This document shows, one piece after another, positions 24,240 to 34,299 of a stretch of 64,000 nt of DNA. Position 1 is the first letter of the stretch. Every line of letters begins with the position of its first letter. A model generated the notes under the pieces. That model was given only the letters and a program-made list of their open reading frames with translations, had not been told where the DNA came from and did no database searches. The stretch comes from Azolla caroliniana. Its lineage: Eukaryota; Plantae; Polypodiophyta. The position numbers and the translations under genes were made by a program. Location: the NCBI GenBank assembly GCA_043228905.1, contig JBHGNT010000013.1, forward strand, positions 5,394,001 to 5,458,000, read 5' to 3'.

Positions 24240-25705
24240 CTACATATGCACTCACTCTGTGTTAGCTTTTTCCTATTTTTAGCCCTACCCCTCCCCTACT
24301 TTCGCCTATTTTGAGCCCTTCCATTCCCCTACTTTCTCCTATTTCCGGCCCTACCCCTCCTACGTTCTCCTAATTTCAGCACTGCCCCTTCCCCTACTTT
24401 TTCATATTTTTACTCATACCTCTCTCCTAAACTTTTATTAAAAACCTAATCTTTAGATTATATTTTCCCACTACCCCTCTCCTCGATTTCCATATATTTT
24501 AACTTTATCCCTCCCCTTAACTTTTCTTTTAGTAGCTTTTTAATACAACCTCGCTTTCCTTTTATTTGTAGTTTCTTCCCTCACCCATGTTTTGCCATTT
24601 CTTATTTTTTATTTTTCCTACCCCTCCCTCTTTTCTCTCCATAACAACACTCTTCTCCTTTTTTATTCCCCTCTCTCTTTGAATTCTTCGTTGCCCCATA
24701 TATTTCTTGTCTCTCTCCTACCTCTCTCTCTCTCTTCCTCTCTCTTTCTTACTTTTATATTCTATTCTCTCTCTCTCTCTCTCTCTCCCCTACCTCTACC
24801 CCTCCCGTTACTTTTTAATTACCACCCTACCCCTAACCTTAACCCACCCTAGCTCACACCAAGTTTATCAAATGGTTTGGGTGCGCTCAAATCGTTCTTG
24901 GTGAACGTTTCACTTCACCCCCACTTTGTCAATTTATCCCCCTACCCCTCCCTTACCTTTCTAAATTACTTTTCCTAAATTACCCTCCTACCCTTCCCCC
25001 CCAATTTTTCAAAATTACCTTTCTACCCCTCCTCCCACTTTTTCCTATTACCACTCTACCCCTCTCTCTCTCACTCACTCTCTCCTCTTTCTTTCCCTTC
25101 TCATCATCTCACATACTTTCCTTATTTCCCCCTCAATCTTAACTCCCCTTTTAATATTTCCCCTCTTTTTACATTTCATATCCTAACTCTTTTTCTTCTT
25201 ATTCCTCAACATTATAACCTCTTTTTTCTTATATACCAAAACCTCCCCCTTGTGACATTAAAGCTCATAATAACTTTTTTCCTTCTTCTCCAAATCTTCC
25301 CCTTTTCAAATCATATCCATAAGCACACACCCCCACTCCCTATTGTCATTTCTCTAAACCCTCTCCTAAAACTCCTTATATAAACCTATCCACCCCTAAT
25401 GGTCATTTTAGCACTGATGAGCCCCGTAGTGGGCGAAACTAATTTGCTCATGACCATATCCCCATGTAATTTCTTTTCCAATCTTAATGATAATTAGTAA
25501 TATATTTGCTCTTAATCACTCTCTCTCTCTCTCTCTCAACATGTTAGTAACATTGTTTTAGTCTTTTTAATTAATACTTAATCACTAGCCCTCTCTCCCT
25601 TTCTCATTATATTTTTAGATATTTTAGTTATATTTAAGTTTTAATCCCTATAGTAATTTAGGTTATCAAGGTTTCATCTCTCTCTCACTCTCTCTCATGC
25701 TCTCC
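24240..25705 (+). mobile_element. Unclassified pyrimidine-rich non-coding insert carrying a hammerhead motif (possibly Penelope-like or retrozyme-derived)
   Basis: Interrupts Copia gag. Strongly C/T-biased with many CTACCCCTCCC motifs and no credible ORF. Boundaries are approximate. Confidence 0.5.
25399..25457 (+). ncRNA. Minimal type I hammerhead ribozyme motif (probably mutated at stem III)
   Basis: ATGGTCAT-TTT-AGCA / CTGATGA / GCCC-CGTAGT-GGGC / GAAAC-TA-ATT / TGCT-C-ATGACCAT. Both core boxes, a 4-bp stem II and a bulged 12-bp stem I are present. Confidence 0.8.
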
Positions 25706-25950
25706 TTGTCGACGATCGTATGATCAACAAAACTCACGAGCACATGGACTATCTTCCTCCGTGTACGTCATCTTGTCGTTGGCGTACGTACTCGTCAATG
25801 CACCCGCGTGATTTTCCTCCACAAGCAACGTCAACTTAAGCTTGAAGAACGAAGGCGTATTCTCCCTTGTGTAGACTACCGTTCAGAATGCTCCGAACTT
25901 TGACGTTAACCCTCCAAGACAAACATGCACCATTTCTTCCTCCTTGACGT

Positions 25951-26860
25951 TGTCGTAGTGTAATTCGCACACTACGTGAAAAATTACATTTTTGGTCTCT
26001 CCGGATAGGACATGGAGTACCCGGTGAGAACCGGAAGAAGGAACCAGTAAGGACCGAAACCGATAAGGAGACCTAGCAAGAGCCGGATGAAGAAGGCCGG
26101 TGAGAGTCGGTGACAAACGGACGAAGAGATCGGTAAGGAGGTCGCGGTAAGAACCGGACAAAGAAAACTAGCAAGCACCGGATGAAGTAGAACCAGAAAG
26201 AGCCGGATGAAGAAGGCCGGTGAGAGTCTCTCACCGGATGAAGAGACATATTTGTAAATAGAAGAAAGTATAAATATATATATATTACATGCATAGGGCA
26301 TGATTCGAACCTTGCACCTCCATGTTAATAATGTTAAGCCTTATCATTATACTAGCGTCTTTGAATTTTAAAGTTATACTAAACTTTATCCCATGTAAAA
26401 TTTCTAGACATGCATGGTACAAAAAGTTATTCATGCATAGACACTCGAGTTAAAAGAAAAGATGAGATAGAAAGCTAATCATGCACATGCAATGTGCATG
26501 AAAACTAAAGATAGGAAAAGCATGATGCTTGCATGTGATAAACTTAGACTCTTCCAACACTATATAAGGAAGAGAGAAAGATGTATAGAGGTTGTTGATT
26601 ATTTTACAAGGATTTTGATCAATCTAATATATTCGTGGGATTCACAATTTTTTTTTCCATCTATTTCTCTCTTACATTCTAAGTATCAATTAATACACTA
26701 TACGTGTGGGATTCACGAGGTTCATATCTTCTTTCAAATATTTCTCTTTCTTGCAATCGATTCATAAGGAGCCTTATCTCATATTCTTCTTTCTCCTAGT
26801 CCAAAACCTCAGCAGTTCCCACCCGACTCACGCAACGATTCGGAGCCGAAAGGCACGACA
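25951..26860 (+). mobile_element. Gypsy solo LTR (TGTCG...CGACA type), chimeric interior
   Basis: Perfect 4-bp TSD ACGT at 25947-25950 and 26861-26864. Splits Copia gag (SINVNV|KEEEMVHVCL). 26000-26270 resembles Copia U3 repeats. Orientation is tentative. Confidence 0.85.
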
Positions 26861-27441
26861 ACGTTCACGTTGATGGAGGCGAGAGAGTCACAAATCTCCT
26901 TGATTCGGGTTGTGTAATAGGCCACAGGAAGATCTTTCTGTCGGACATTGTTGAGCTCCTGCTTGAGTTGCAGCTTCCTGGCCGTTGTGCTAGCGGCGAA
27001 AATCCCCTTGAGATTCTCCCACGCGTCCTCTGGCGTATTAGCATCCCAAATGTAGCTCAAGAGTGGGTCACTCAAATAGGATACGAAGCAGTAAAGAACT
27101 CTGCTTGTCGCTTGTTCCCAAGCTAAAAAATCTTTGTGTGTTGATTCAGGTGTTGTATCATTAGCTTCTTCGACATAACTCCAGTAACCATGACCAAGCA
27201 GGTACTGGTGCATCTTGTACGACCAAGATGTGTAGTTGCTCCTGTCGAGCTTCTCAGTCGGTAGCGAGCTTCCCATTCCTTTGTCCATATAGTTGTCTTA
27301 TCCTTTCCGAAAACAATAACTTAACTCTATCTTTATCACAAGCTTTTATGTCGGTTGTAGGGGAGTCTCAACCCTCGCGCTCTAATATCATGTAAAAGAA
27401 TACGTGTGTGGAAGCGTATGCCTAAGACACAGAGTACACAG

Positions 27442-28245
27442 TGACAGGAACTACACGCTCCCGATGAACAACGCTCGGCCACAACCGAGCCTAGAATAAA
27501 ACACAGAAAGAAAAAAAAGCAGGGAATGAAAGCACAACACGATAGAGAGAAGAGTACACAGGATGTTTACGTGGAAAACCCAAACTCGGGAAAAACCACG
27601 GCAACCCACAGACCGCAAACTATCACTATGTTAGAATGTACAATAAGATAGCACCAAGGCCACGACCTCAAGATTGCTATCTTCGCCACAGGCGGTGGTT
27701 ACAATCAGAGGCAACGACCTCTTCTTCTCTCTCACTCTCTCTGTACACAATTGCCCTAAGTCATATTTATACTAATATGACTTTTCGGCTATTTACAAAT
27801 ATAGCCCCGATGGACTCTCAGAAAACATATTTACAAATATGTCCCTTCATCCGGTGAGCACTTCTCACCGGGCCTTCACCATCCGGCTCTTGCCGGGTAC
27901 TCCTCATCCGGTTCTCACCAGGTCCTCCGTTGTCGGGTACTCCTCATCAGGCACTTGCCGGGTACACCACATCTGGTTCTCACCGGGTCCTCCATAGCCG
28001 AGTACTCCTCATCCGACGCTTGCCGGTTACACCACATCTGGTTCTCACCGGGTCCTCCGTAGCCGGGTACTCCTCATCCGGCGCTTGCCGGGTACACCAC
28101 ATTCGGTTCTCACCGGGTCCTCTGTAGCCGGGTACTCCTCATCCGACGCTTGCCGGGTATACCACATCCGGTTTTGGCCTTGGCCGAGTTTGCTCATCAG
28201 TACTGTTCTCCTCACTTCCCATCCGGAGGGACATGTTTCCTAACA
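27442..28245 (-). mobile_element. Copia solo LTR (same family as 133-5934) inserted in a 5' LTR
   Basis: TGACAGGAAC...TTCCTAACA termini, imperfect TSD CACAG/TACGG, and a U3 tandem array at 27860-28175. Confidence 0.88.
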
Positions 28246-31200
28246 TACGGTTCGGTAAAAATGTAGAAATCATAGAGGAGATGGATAGATAGAGAGACAG
28301 AGAGAGCAGAAACGAAAACTATATTAAAAAAAAATTCTCTATATGTTCTCTGTGTATTTACTTTGTGCTCATTGAGCACCTTTTATACAAGTCCTAACAA
28401 TTGGGCTGACACAAGTACTGACAGTACTTGACTGCTCATAAATGAGCCTTCTACACTAACTCCCAAAATTATTCCTTACGAGGAATAACGTTCTAACGGC
28501 CTCTCGGTTTACGCACCACTACGGCCATATTGTGTGTATGGTTTTACGCACCTAGTCTACACACTGGGTTACGCAGCACCCATTTACGCACCCAATGTTG
28601 AGCTTGTATCATAACAAGGATTGTATTCTTTTCTTAATAGTATATTAAAGTATTCTTTTCTCTTCCTCTTCTCTTCTATATCATTTTTCTCTCTCTCCTC
28701 ATCAGTAGGCTAAGAGGCTAAAGACTTGTGTTGAACTGAATGAGTTTTGATGAATGAGTAAACACCTATTTATAAGTTCTAATGGAGTTTTTTAGAATGT
28801 TCTAGAGTATTTGAGATATTTAAGATAATCATGGAATATTCTAAAATATTTTATAATAAACTAACAATATAATTATTATAATCATACATATACATTGTGA
28901 TGGACTACCATTGTAAGCTACTATCATATGTAATAGAATTTATTTTTTTCATATATACATCTTTGTGATTGTAACTCGATATATCTATCTAATTGATTCT
29001 CAATATTTCTAACACAATCTATAATTTATACAACACAAAATACCACAAAAAATTCGTCCATTATAGAAACTCACCAAGCAAAGAAGTTCTGATACATTAT
29101 GAAAGAAGTATGAATATAGTTCTAGTTTCTATATTAAAGAAGGATCGATTTGAACACCATGTTCAACCATTAATGGTCTTGAGTAACTAAATGATCTTTT
29201 GAAAAAATCACATTTCAACATTTTGGATAGAAATTTTTGTCTCCCAATGTTTGTTTGGCAATGCTCGTTGATCGTGTCTTTCATCTAATTTATAACACAC
29301 AACTAGTCATAAAACACATTTTTCATCAATGAAGCTTGTTATTGCAATTATTGATCTCTCTACTTCTCTCAATGCATTAATCCACCATGTTGACAACCCC
29401 ACAAATGACCTAATACTTCCCATTTATACCTCAAGAATTACTATTTATAGGTTGTTGCATAACACACAAATCTTATTACATAGTTGATTTCTACCATTGG
29501 CAAGAGGATTTAGCCCATTGAGGTACCATCTTTTTTAATACTCCTTATGAACACACTTCTCCTCCATATCACCCAATCATGTCACAGCAATGAAAATTCA
29601 TCATCAATTTCACTAAAAGCCACAATATTGGTAACATATATATTATATGTAGTTTTGTGTGTATTTGAAGCCACATTTCGGCGTTTATCACCTTAATGAA
29701 TCATTTAATGGCTTACATGGGATAAAGAAGAGTAGTTCTATATGTTAGACATGTTAGGAAGTTGTAGACAAACGAGATCACATTTATATGGAAGGTTTCA
29801 AGTGTAATTTTCCCACACTATAATATTTTTCCTTGACCTTTAGAAACTTTAGCATTGTAATTTTCCCACGCTAAAACGGTTTAGAAACTTTAGCATTGTT
29901 AAAGGAATTGAAAATCATTTTCATAGGAAGATATCTATGCCTCCACAACTAGGTCCAACACAAATTAGTAGCTTAATCAAACATGCTTGACCATTTTGTG
30001 GGCTAAATTATCACACTTAGCAAAATTAAACTTTCTAGAAGCTGAATTATCCTCATTCCCAAAATCAAGTAGCATTAAAGACTTATGGAGTATTCTAAAT
30101 TGTCATATCTTTAGAGTTAATATAACATGCATGCCTTCTCGAGGTCAAACTATTAAAATTAAACGTTAAATTTCTAGCAAAGGGTTTATTAAGTATTATT
30201 AGGTTTAGACATAGTATAAAAAAGGTCCAATCACGAACTACCTAAGTCCCTAGAGTTGGTACAAAACTTGACCACATGATTACCTTCTTTTACCAATATC
30301 CAGTAAACTTAAAACGAGCTTGAAGTATTGAAAGCATTTTAATGGATTATAGAGTTTATTTGCAATGAAGAAATGGTGTTTAACTCTTCTTTATAGTGAC
30401 ACAAAAGTGATAAAAGTCATTTAATACGTGGTCACATTGTTGGTCAAGAGAAACTACACATATGAAACACCTTTACGTTAACTTTTAAATTTTATGGAGT
30501 AACTTTTATTCACTAATTATTATTCCATGCATGATACCAACGTAAAGTTATTTTACAAAATTAAGGCACTCCAATGATGAAGATGAAAGAGAAAGTCCAA
30601 AAATGTTGTCAAGTATGTATGGGAACTCATATTCAATTCAAGATTGGACATAAAGCTATGAAGTTCATATAATACATAGTTATGAATAAATTATTGCATG
30701 TGCCTTGATCATTTTTATGTCATTTATTAAGTATGCACGGATCTTATCATTAATTTAAGTGAGTCCTTTTTTTTAGGTTACAAGATATTATATACATTCA
30801 TTTGCCATGTGTGTTTTGAGTGTCGAGGTAAGCCACAAATTAGAATTGTTGACAACATATTCTAGTAGTTTTTAAATGTATTTAGATAAATATATGTAGA
30901 TGAACTACATTTATTCATAGGGTACTTTTCACATTCTTTAAGATTTTTTGACAAATCTATTGATTGTATCCCTCCAAATGATTACTTATGTCATTTCATG
31001 TCAACAAAAGTTTGGATTTGATATACACCAAAGAAGTTGCGTTGATGTCACCATACATTTTGATTGGTCCTTCAAATTGTTTAAATGTTTATATTGGAGT
31101 GGGCATACATATCATGTGTGTTTTATATATAACGCATTTTTCACGACCCCTTAAAGCATTTATGTTTTATGTATAAACATTCCTCGTGGTGAGTTGAAGC

Positions 31201-32153
31201 ATTTATCTTGACTCCATGAGCTTTATTGATCTATTCGCATCTCTATGAAGCTTTCTTTTTTTAATTGTTTTCCTGTTTTCCCAAAAACAAAAAGTCCTTC
31301 CATTATTAGTTAAAAAAATATTATAACTGAGAATGTTCTTTACAAATCCCAGAAGGGGCTCGATAGTTCCATGTTATGTGGATACCCACTTACTCAAGAA
31401 AGGGGGAGGACGACCATTGTTGGATGAACCCTGATCATTGTCTTTCGGCTCCATTGGATCAAATGTTCAAAATGATGTAGCATAAGCAACATCATTTTAT
31501 TTCAATTATGTCTTCACTTTTAAGCAAGTGAAAATTATGGTATTTCATTCTTCTTAGTCTTACATTTCAATAATATTATTGGAAATATTTGCAAGGTGTA
31601 CATAGATTATTAATAGAACTTTATAATGGGCACCCTTTACATAAAAGTCATAAAAGAAAATAATGGGTCTATTATCCCAAGATATTGTCTCTCTTCTACT
31701 ACTAGGGTTAAATGTAGGCTTTATACATATGATAGTAACTTATTGTTATTCTATCCAAATTTTTATCTATGTCGACTTGCCTAACTTCATGAAAGCCTCT
31801 TATATTCGTAATGAACTCGGAAGAGTCAAAGAATTTGGATTGTAAAAATTCTCAGAATTTGCAACTTTTAAACAACAATAAATGTTCATCCTTCAATGTG
31901 AATGAAAATTCAATGCAAAGATTTGTAATTATATATATATACGTTTATCCCTAAGAAAGTGCAATGATAATCCTCAATAATGATTCACTTCCTAAAAATA
32001 TTGGCAACGCGAGAGCCATAATTGTGGAAATATCAAAAGCACGGTTGAAAGGTCAGAAAAATGAATATGAGAAAAATATGAGTATATTAAACATACAAAG
32101 ACTTTTAACTCAATATTGCATCTATATAAGATGGAGAGAAGACATAGAGACCT

Positions 32154-32181
32154 AGAGAGAGAGAGAGAGAGAGAGAGAGAG
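32154..32181. repeat. (GA)n microsatellite
   Basis: About 14 GA units upstream of the CXE gene. Confidence 0.95.
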
Positions 32182-32430
32182 GGCTTAAAGAGTTCGGCAT
32201 CGGGTATCAACTTTAAACATAAATTACTGTAAGTCTATGTCTTCTGATTTAAGGAATTCAGACAATTGAGAGGCATGAGCCTAGCAATACCTCTCTTAGA
32301 CTTATTAGCTCATTAATTTGAGATGTATAGCAAGAGCTTCCTATTGATTTTGGTAAGGCTTGAGTAATTATTGTATCAATTGACGTCTTTCACATTTTTG
32401 AAACGAGTGACAGGATTGGCAAGCGGAAGG

Positions 32431-32437
32431 TATAAGA
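32431..32437 (+). promoter_or_regulatory. Candidate TATA box of the CXE gene
   Basis: TATAAGA about 90 nt upstream of the predicted ATG at 32520. Confidence 0.4.
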
Positions 32438-32519
32438 AAGGGCAACGAAGCAAGCACACAAACAAAGGGGAGGGGTTTGATTTGGACGACAACACAAACA
32501 AACAAACAAACATATTAAA

Positions 32520-33612
32520 ATGGTAAACCATATGATGGAGTGCCTCTTGTAAAGAAATGACTCTTAGTTTTTAGTTTGTCTTTTTTGTAAACAAGTTGTT
32601 TTTTGGGGATGGTTTTGATGTATAGACAAGTGGCATTGCTGAGAGATATGTGGTGGAGCATCAAGAAGGGGTGCTAACGTTGTTTAGTGATGGTAGCTTC
32701 GAGAGGTGCACAGATCATGATGTTCCTCCGTCCCATGACATTGCCCATGGCGGTGTGGTGACCAGAGACGTGGAGATCATCGCGGGCACGCGCGTCTGGG
32801 CCCGCCTATTTCGACCCGAAGCCATTCTCCAGAAAGTTCCCATTGTCCTCCACTTCCATGGCGGCGGTTTCTGTGTCGGTAGCCCGGCCGCCGCCCACAC
32901 TGATGCCTTTTGCCGCACCATGTGCTTGGACACTAAATGCTTGTGGGTCTCGGTTGCCTACCGGCTCGCCCCCGAGCACAAGCTCCCGGCCGCATACGAT
33001 GACGGAATCTCTGCCTTGCGCTGGCTCTCCCTGACAGATGACCCGTGGATATCGGGACTGGGAGATGTCGGAAGAGTTTTTGTGGCCGGTGAGAGTGCAG
33101 GTGGCACCATGGTCCATTATGTGGCAGGAGGGATTGCCCAAGAGGATCAGAGAGTGGGCAAGCTCTCGGCCATCGCGGGGCTACTCCTCGTGCATCCGGC
33201 ATTTCCTCAAGAGAAACCGGCATACGACCCCACGTCCACGAATTTGAGCGATGCGAGGGTGCATTTCTACCACACTTCGGCGCTACCCGAGGGTGCGAAA
33301 TTCGGGCACCCACTAATGAATCCATTACATCCTGAGTCATCAGTGACAATAAGCGATGTTCCGAATGTGCCGGTGCTTGTTGCGGCCGCCGATGGCGACC
33401 CCTTGCTACCAGGTGCTGTCAAATATTTCGAGGCACTCCGGCATTACCGAGATGATGGCGGTTCTGAGGGTTTGGGACTACTTGTGTCTACAGACGAGTT
33501 CATCGAATCCAAGGGAGTCGGCCACTGCTTCCACCTATTTCCCGAAAATGCATCGGAGGCTGCCGCCACATTACGAGGAGCCCTTGTGGCCTTCATCTCA
33601 CGTCATTCCTAA
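32520..33612 (+). CDS. Class I carboxylesterase (CXE/HSL alpha-beta hydrolase, GID1 superfamily); predicted exons 32520-32522 and 32626-33612
   Basis: HFHGGGF oxyanion motif, SVAYRLAPEHKLPAAYDD, GESAGG nucleophile, DGDPL acid and GHCFH His. The frame is open from 32626 after a TAG acceptor, and ATG|GTAAAC at 32520 supplies the start. Confidence 0.92.
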
Positions 33613-34299
33613 TGTATAACAATCATGTTTTATGTCAAATCCCTAAGGGTAAATTAGTCCTTAGGCATTAGAGTGTGTAATTTATGTTTGACAATCCAGT
33701 AATACCCATGATATAATCCCATCAATCAATTCATGCATCGATACCAATACCGCAGTCGGTTTTTACAACTTGTAAATCCGCACAACTTCGTGTTTGTTAG
33801 TTGCTTTCACATTGACCATCACACCACGAAGCTAATATATTTAGAGATTAGAGTATGGGCATGTACTACACATGTTGTCATGTCCCCGTATTTTTAGGCT
33901 GTATGTTGCAAACATTTGGAGAGATTTGATGATGTTTTAACTTTTCAATTCCCCCTCAATTCTAAGTCCCACTAAATCTAGACACACCTAATTTTATACA
34001 CAATAAAATATCAATTACATGGGTAGGTATTCCCACTATCATCTAGTTTGGTTAGAGAGGTGATATTCTCTAGTCCAAATAATAGCCTCATTAGGTAGGC
34101 TTTCACCTTTTGTTACAAACAATCAAGTGTTAGCAGAATCCACAAAATATTAAGAATTATAACATGGATTAGGTAGATTCAGAGCTTGGAAAAGGCATCG
34201 ATGTCTTTAACATGTCTCATCGTCCTTGGTTTGCAAGGTTGCTTCAACAATCTTCAATCAACCTTGGTACAAGTACTAACATTGTTAATGTGTAAATAT

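Larger units (their letters stand above)
19844..28616 (-). mobile_element. Decayed Ty1/Copia element with integrase deleted and four internal insertions
   Basis: 3' LTR 19844-20257 and 5' LTR 27391-28616. TSD AGGAT. Degenerate PBS-Met at 27379-27390 and PPT at 20258-20270. Gag at 27288, protease WYVDFGAS at ~22850, RT YVDHL at ~21670, RNase H at 21175-20864. Confidence 0.92.
14668..28704 (+). mobile_element. Ty3/Gypsy element with additional RNase H (Tat-like); 5' LTR and gag deleted, 3' LTR split by insertions
   Basis: TGTGAAGTCAATTTTTGC occurs at 14668 and 18508, with PPT AAGCGAGGGGGG before 18508. Ends TCATCA at 28704. TSD GTAGG at 14663-14667 and 28705-28709. Confidence 0.9.
14546..29014 (-). 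mobile_element. Probable old LTR remnant (14546-14667 + 28705-29014) that hosts the Gypsy nest
   Basis: GA-rich tract, CCTATTTATAAG TATA-like motif and a terminal TAACA at 29014. The two halves join across the GTAGG TSD. Confidence 0.45.

Noticed and set aside
24592-24904. Leu/Ser/Pro-rich ORFs
   Set aside because: Low-complexity translation of a CT-rich tract.
29015-32150. AT-rich 3-kb stretch with short ORFs
   Set aside because: No motifs or consistent exon structure. Treated as intergenic or upstream region of the CXE gene.
32626-33612. Possible GID1 gibberellin receptor
   Set aside because: The catalytic His is retained (GHCFH), the motifs are HGGGF/GESAGG rather than HGGSF/GDSSGG, and there is no GID1 N-terminal lid.
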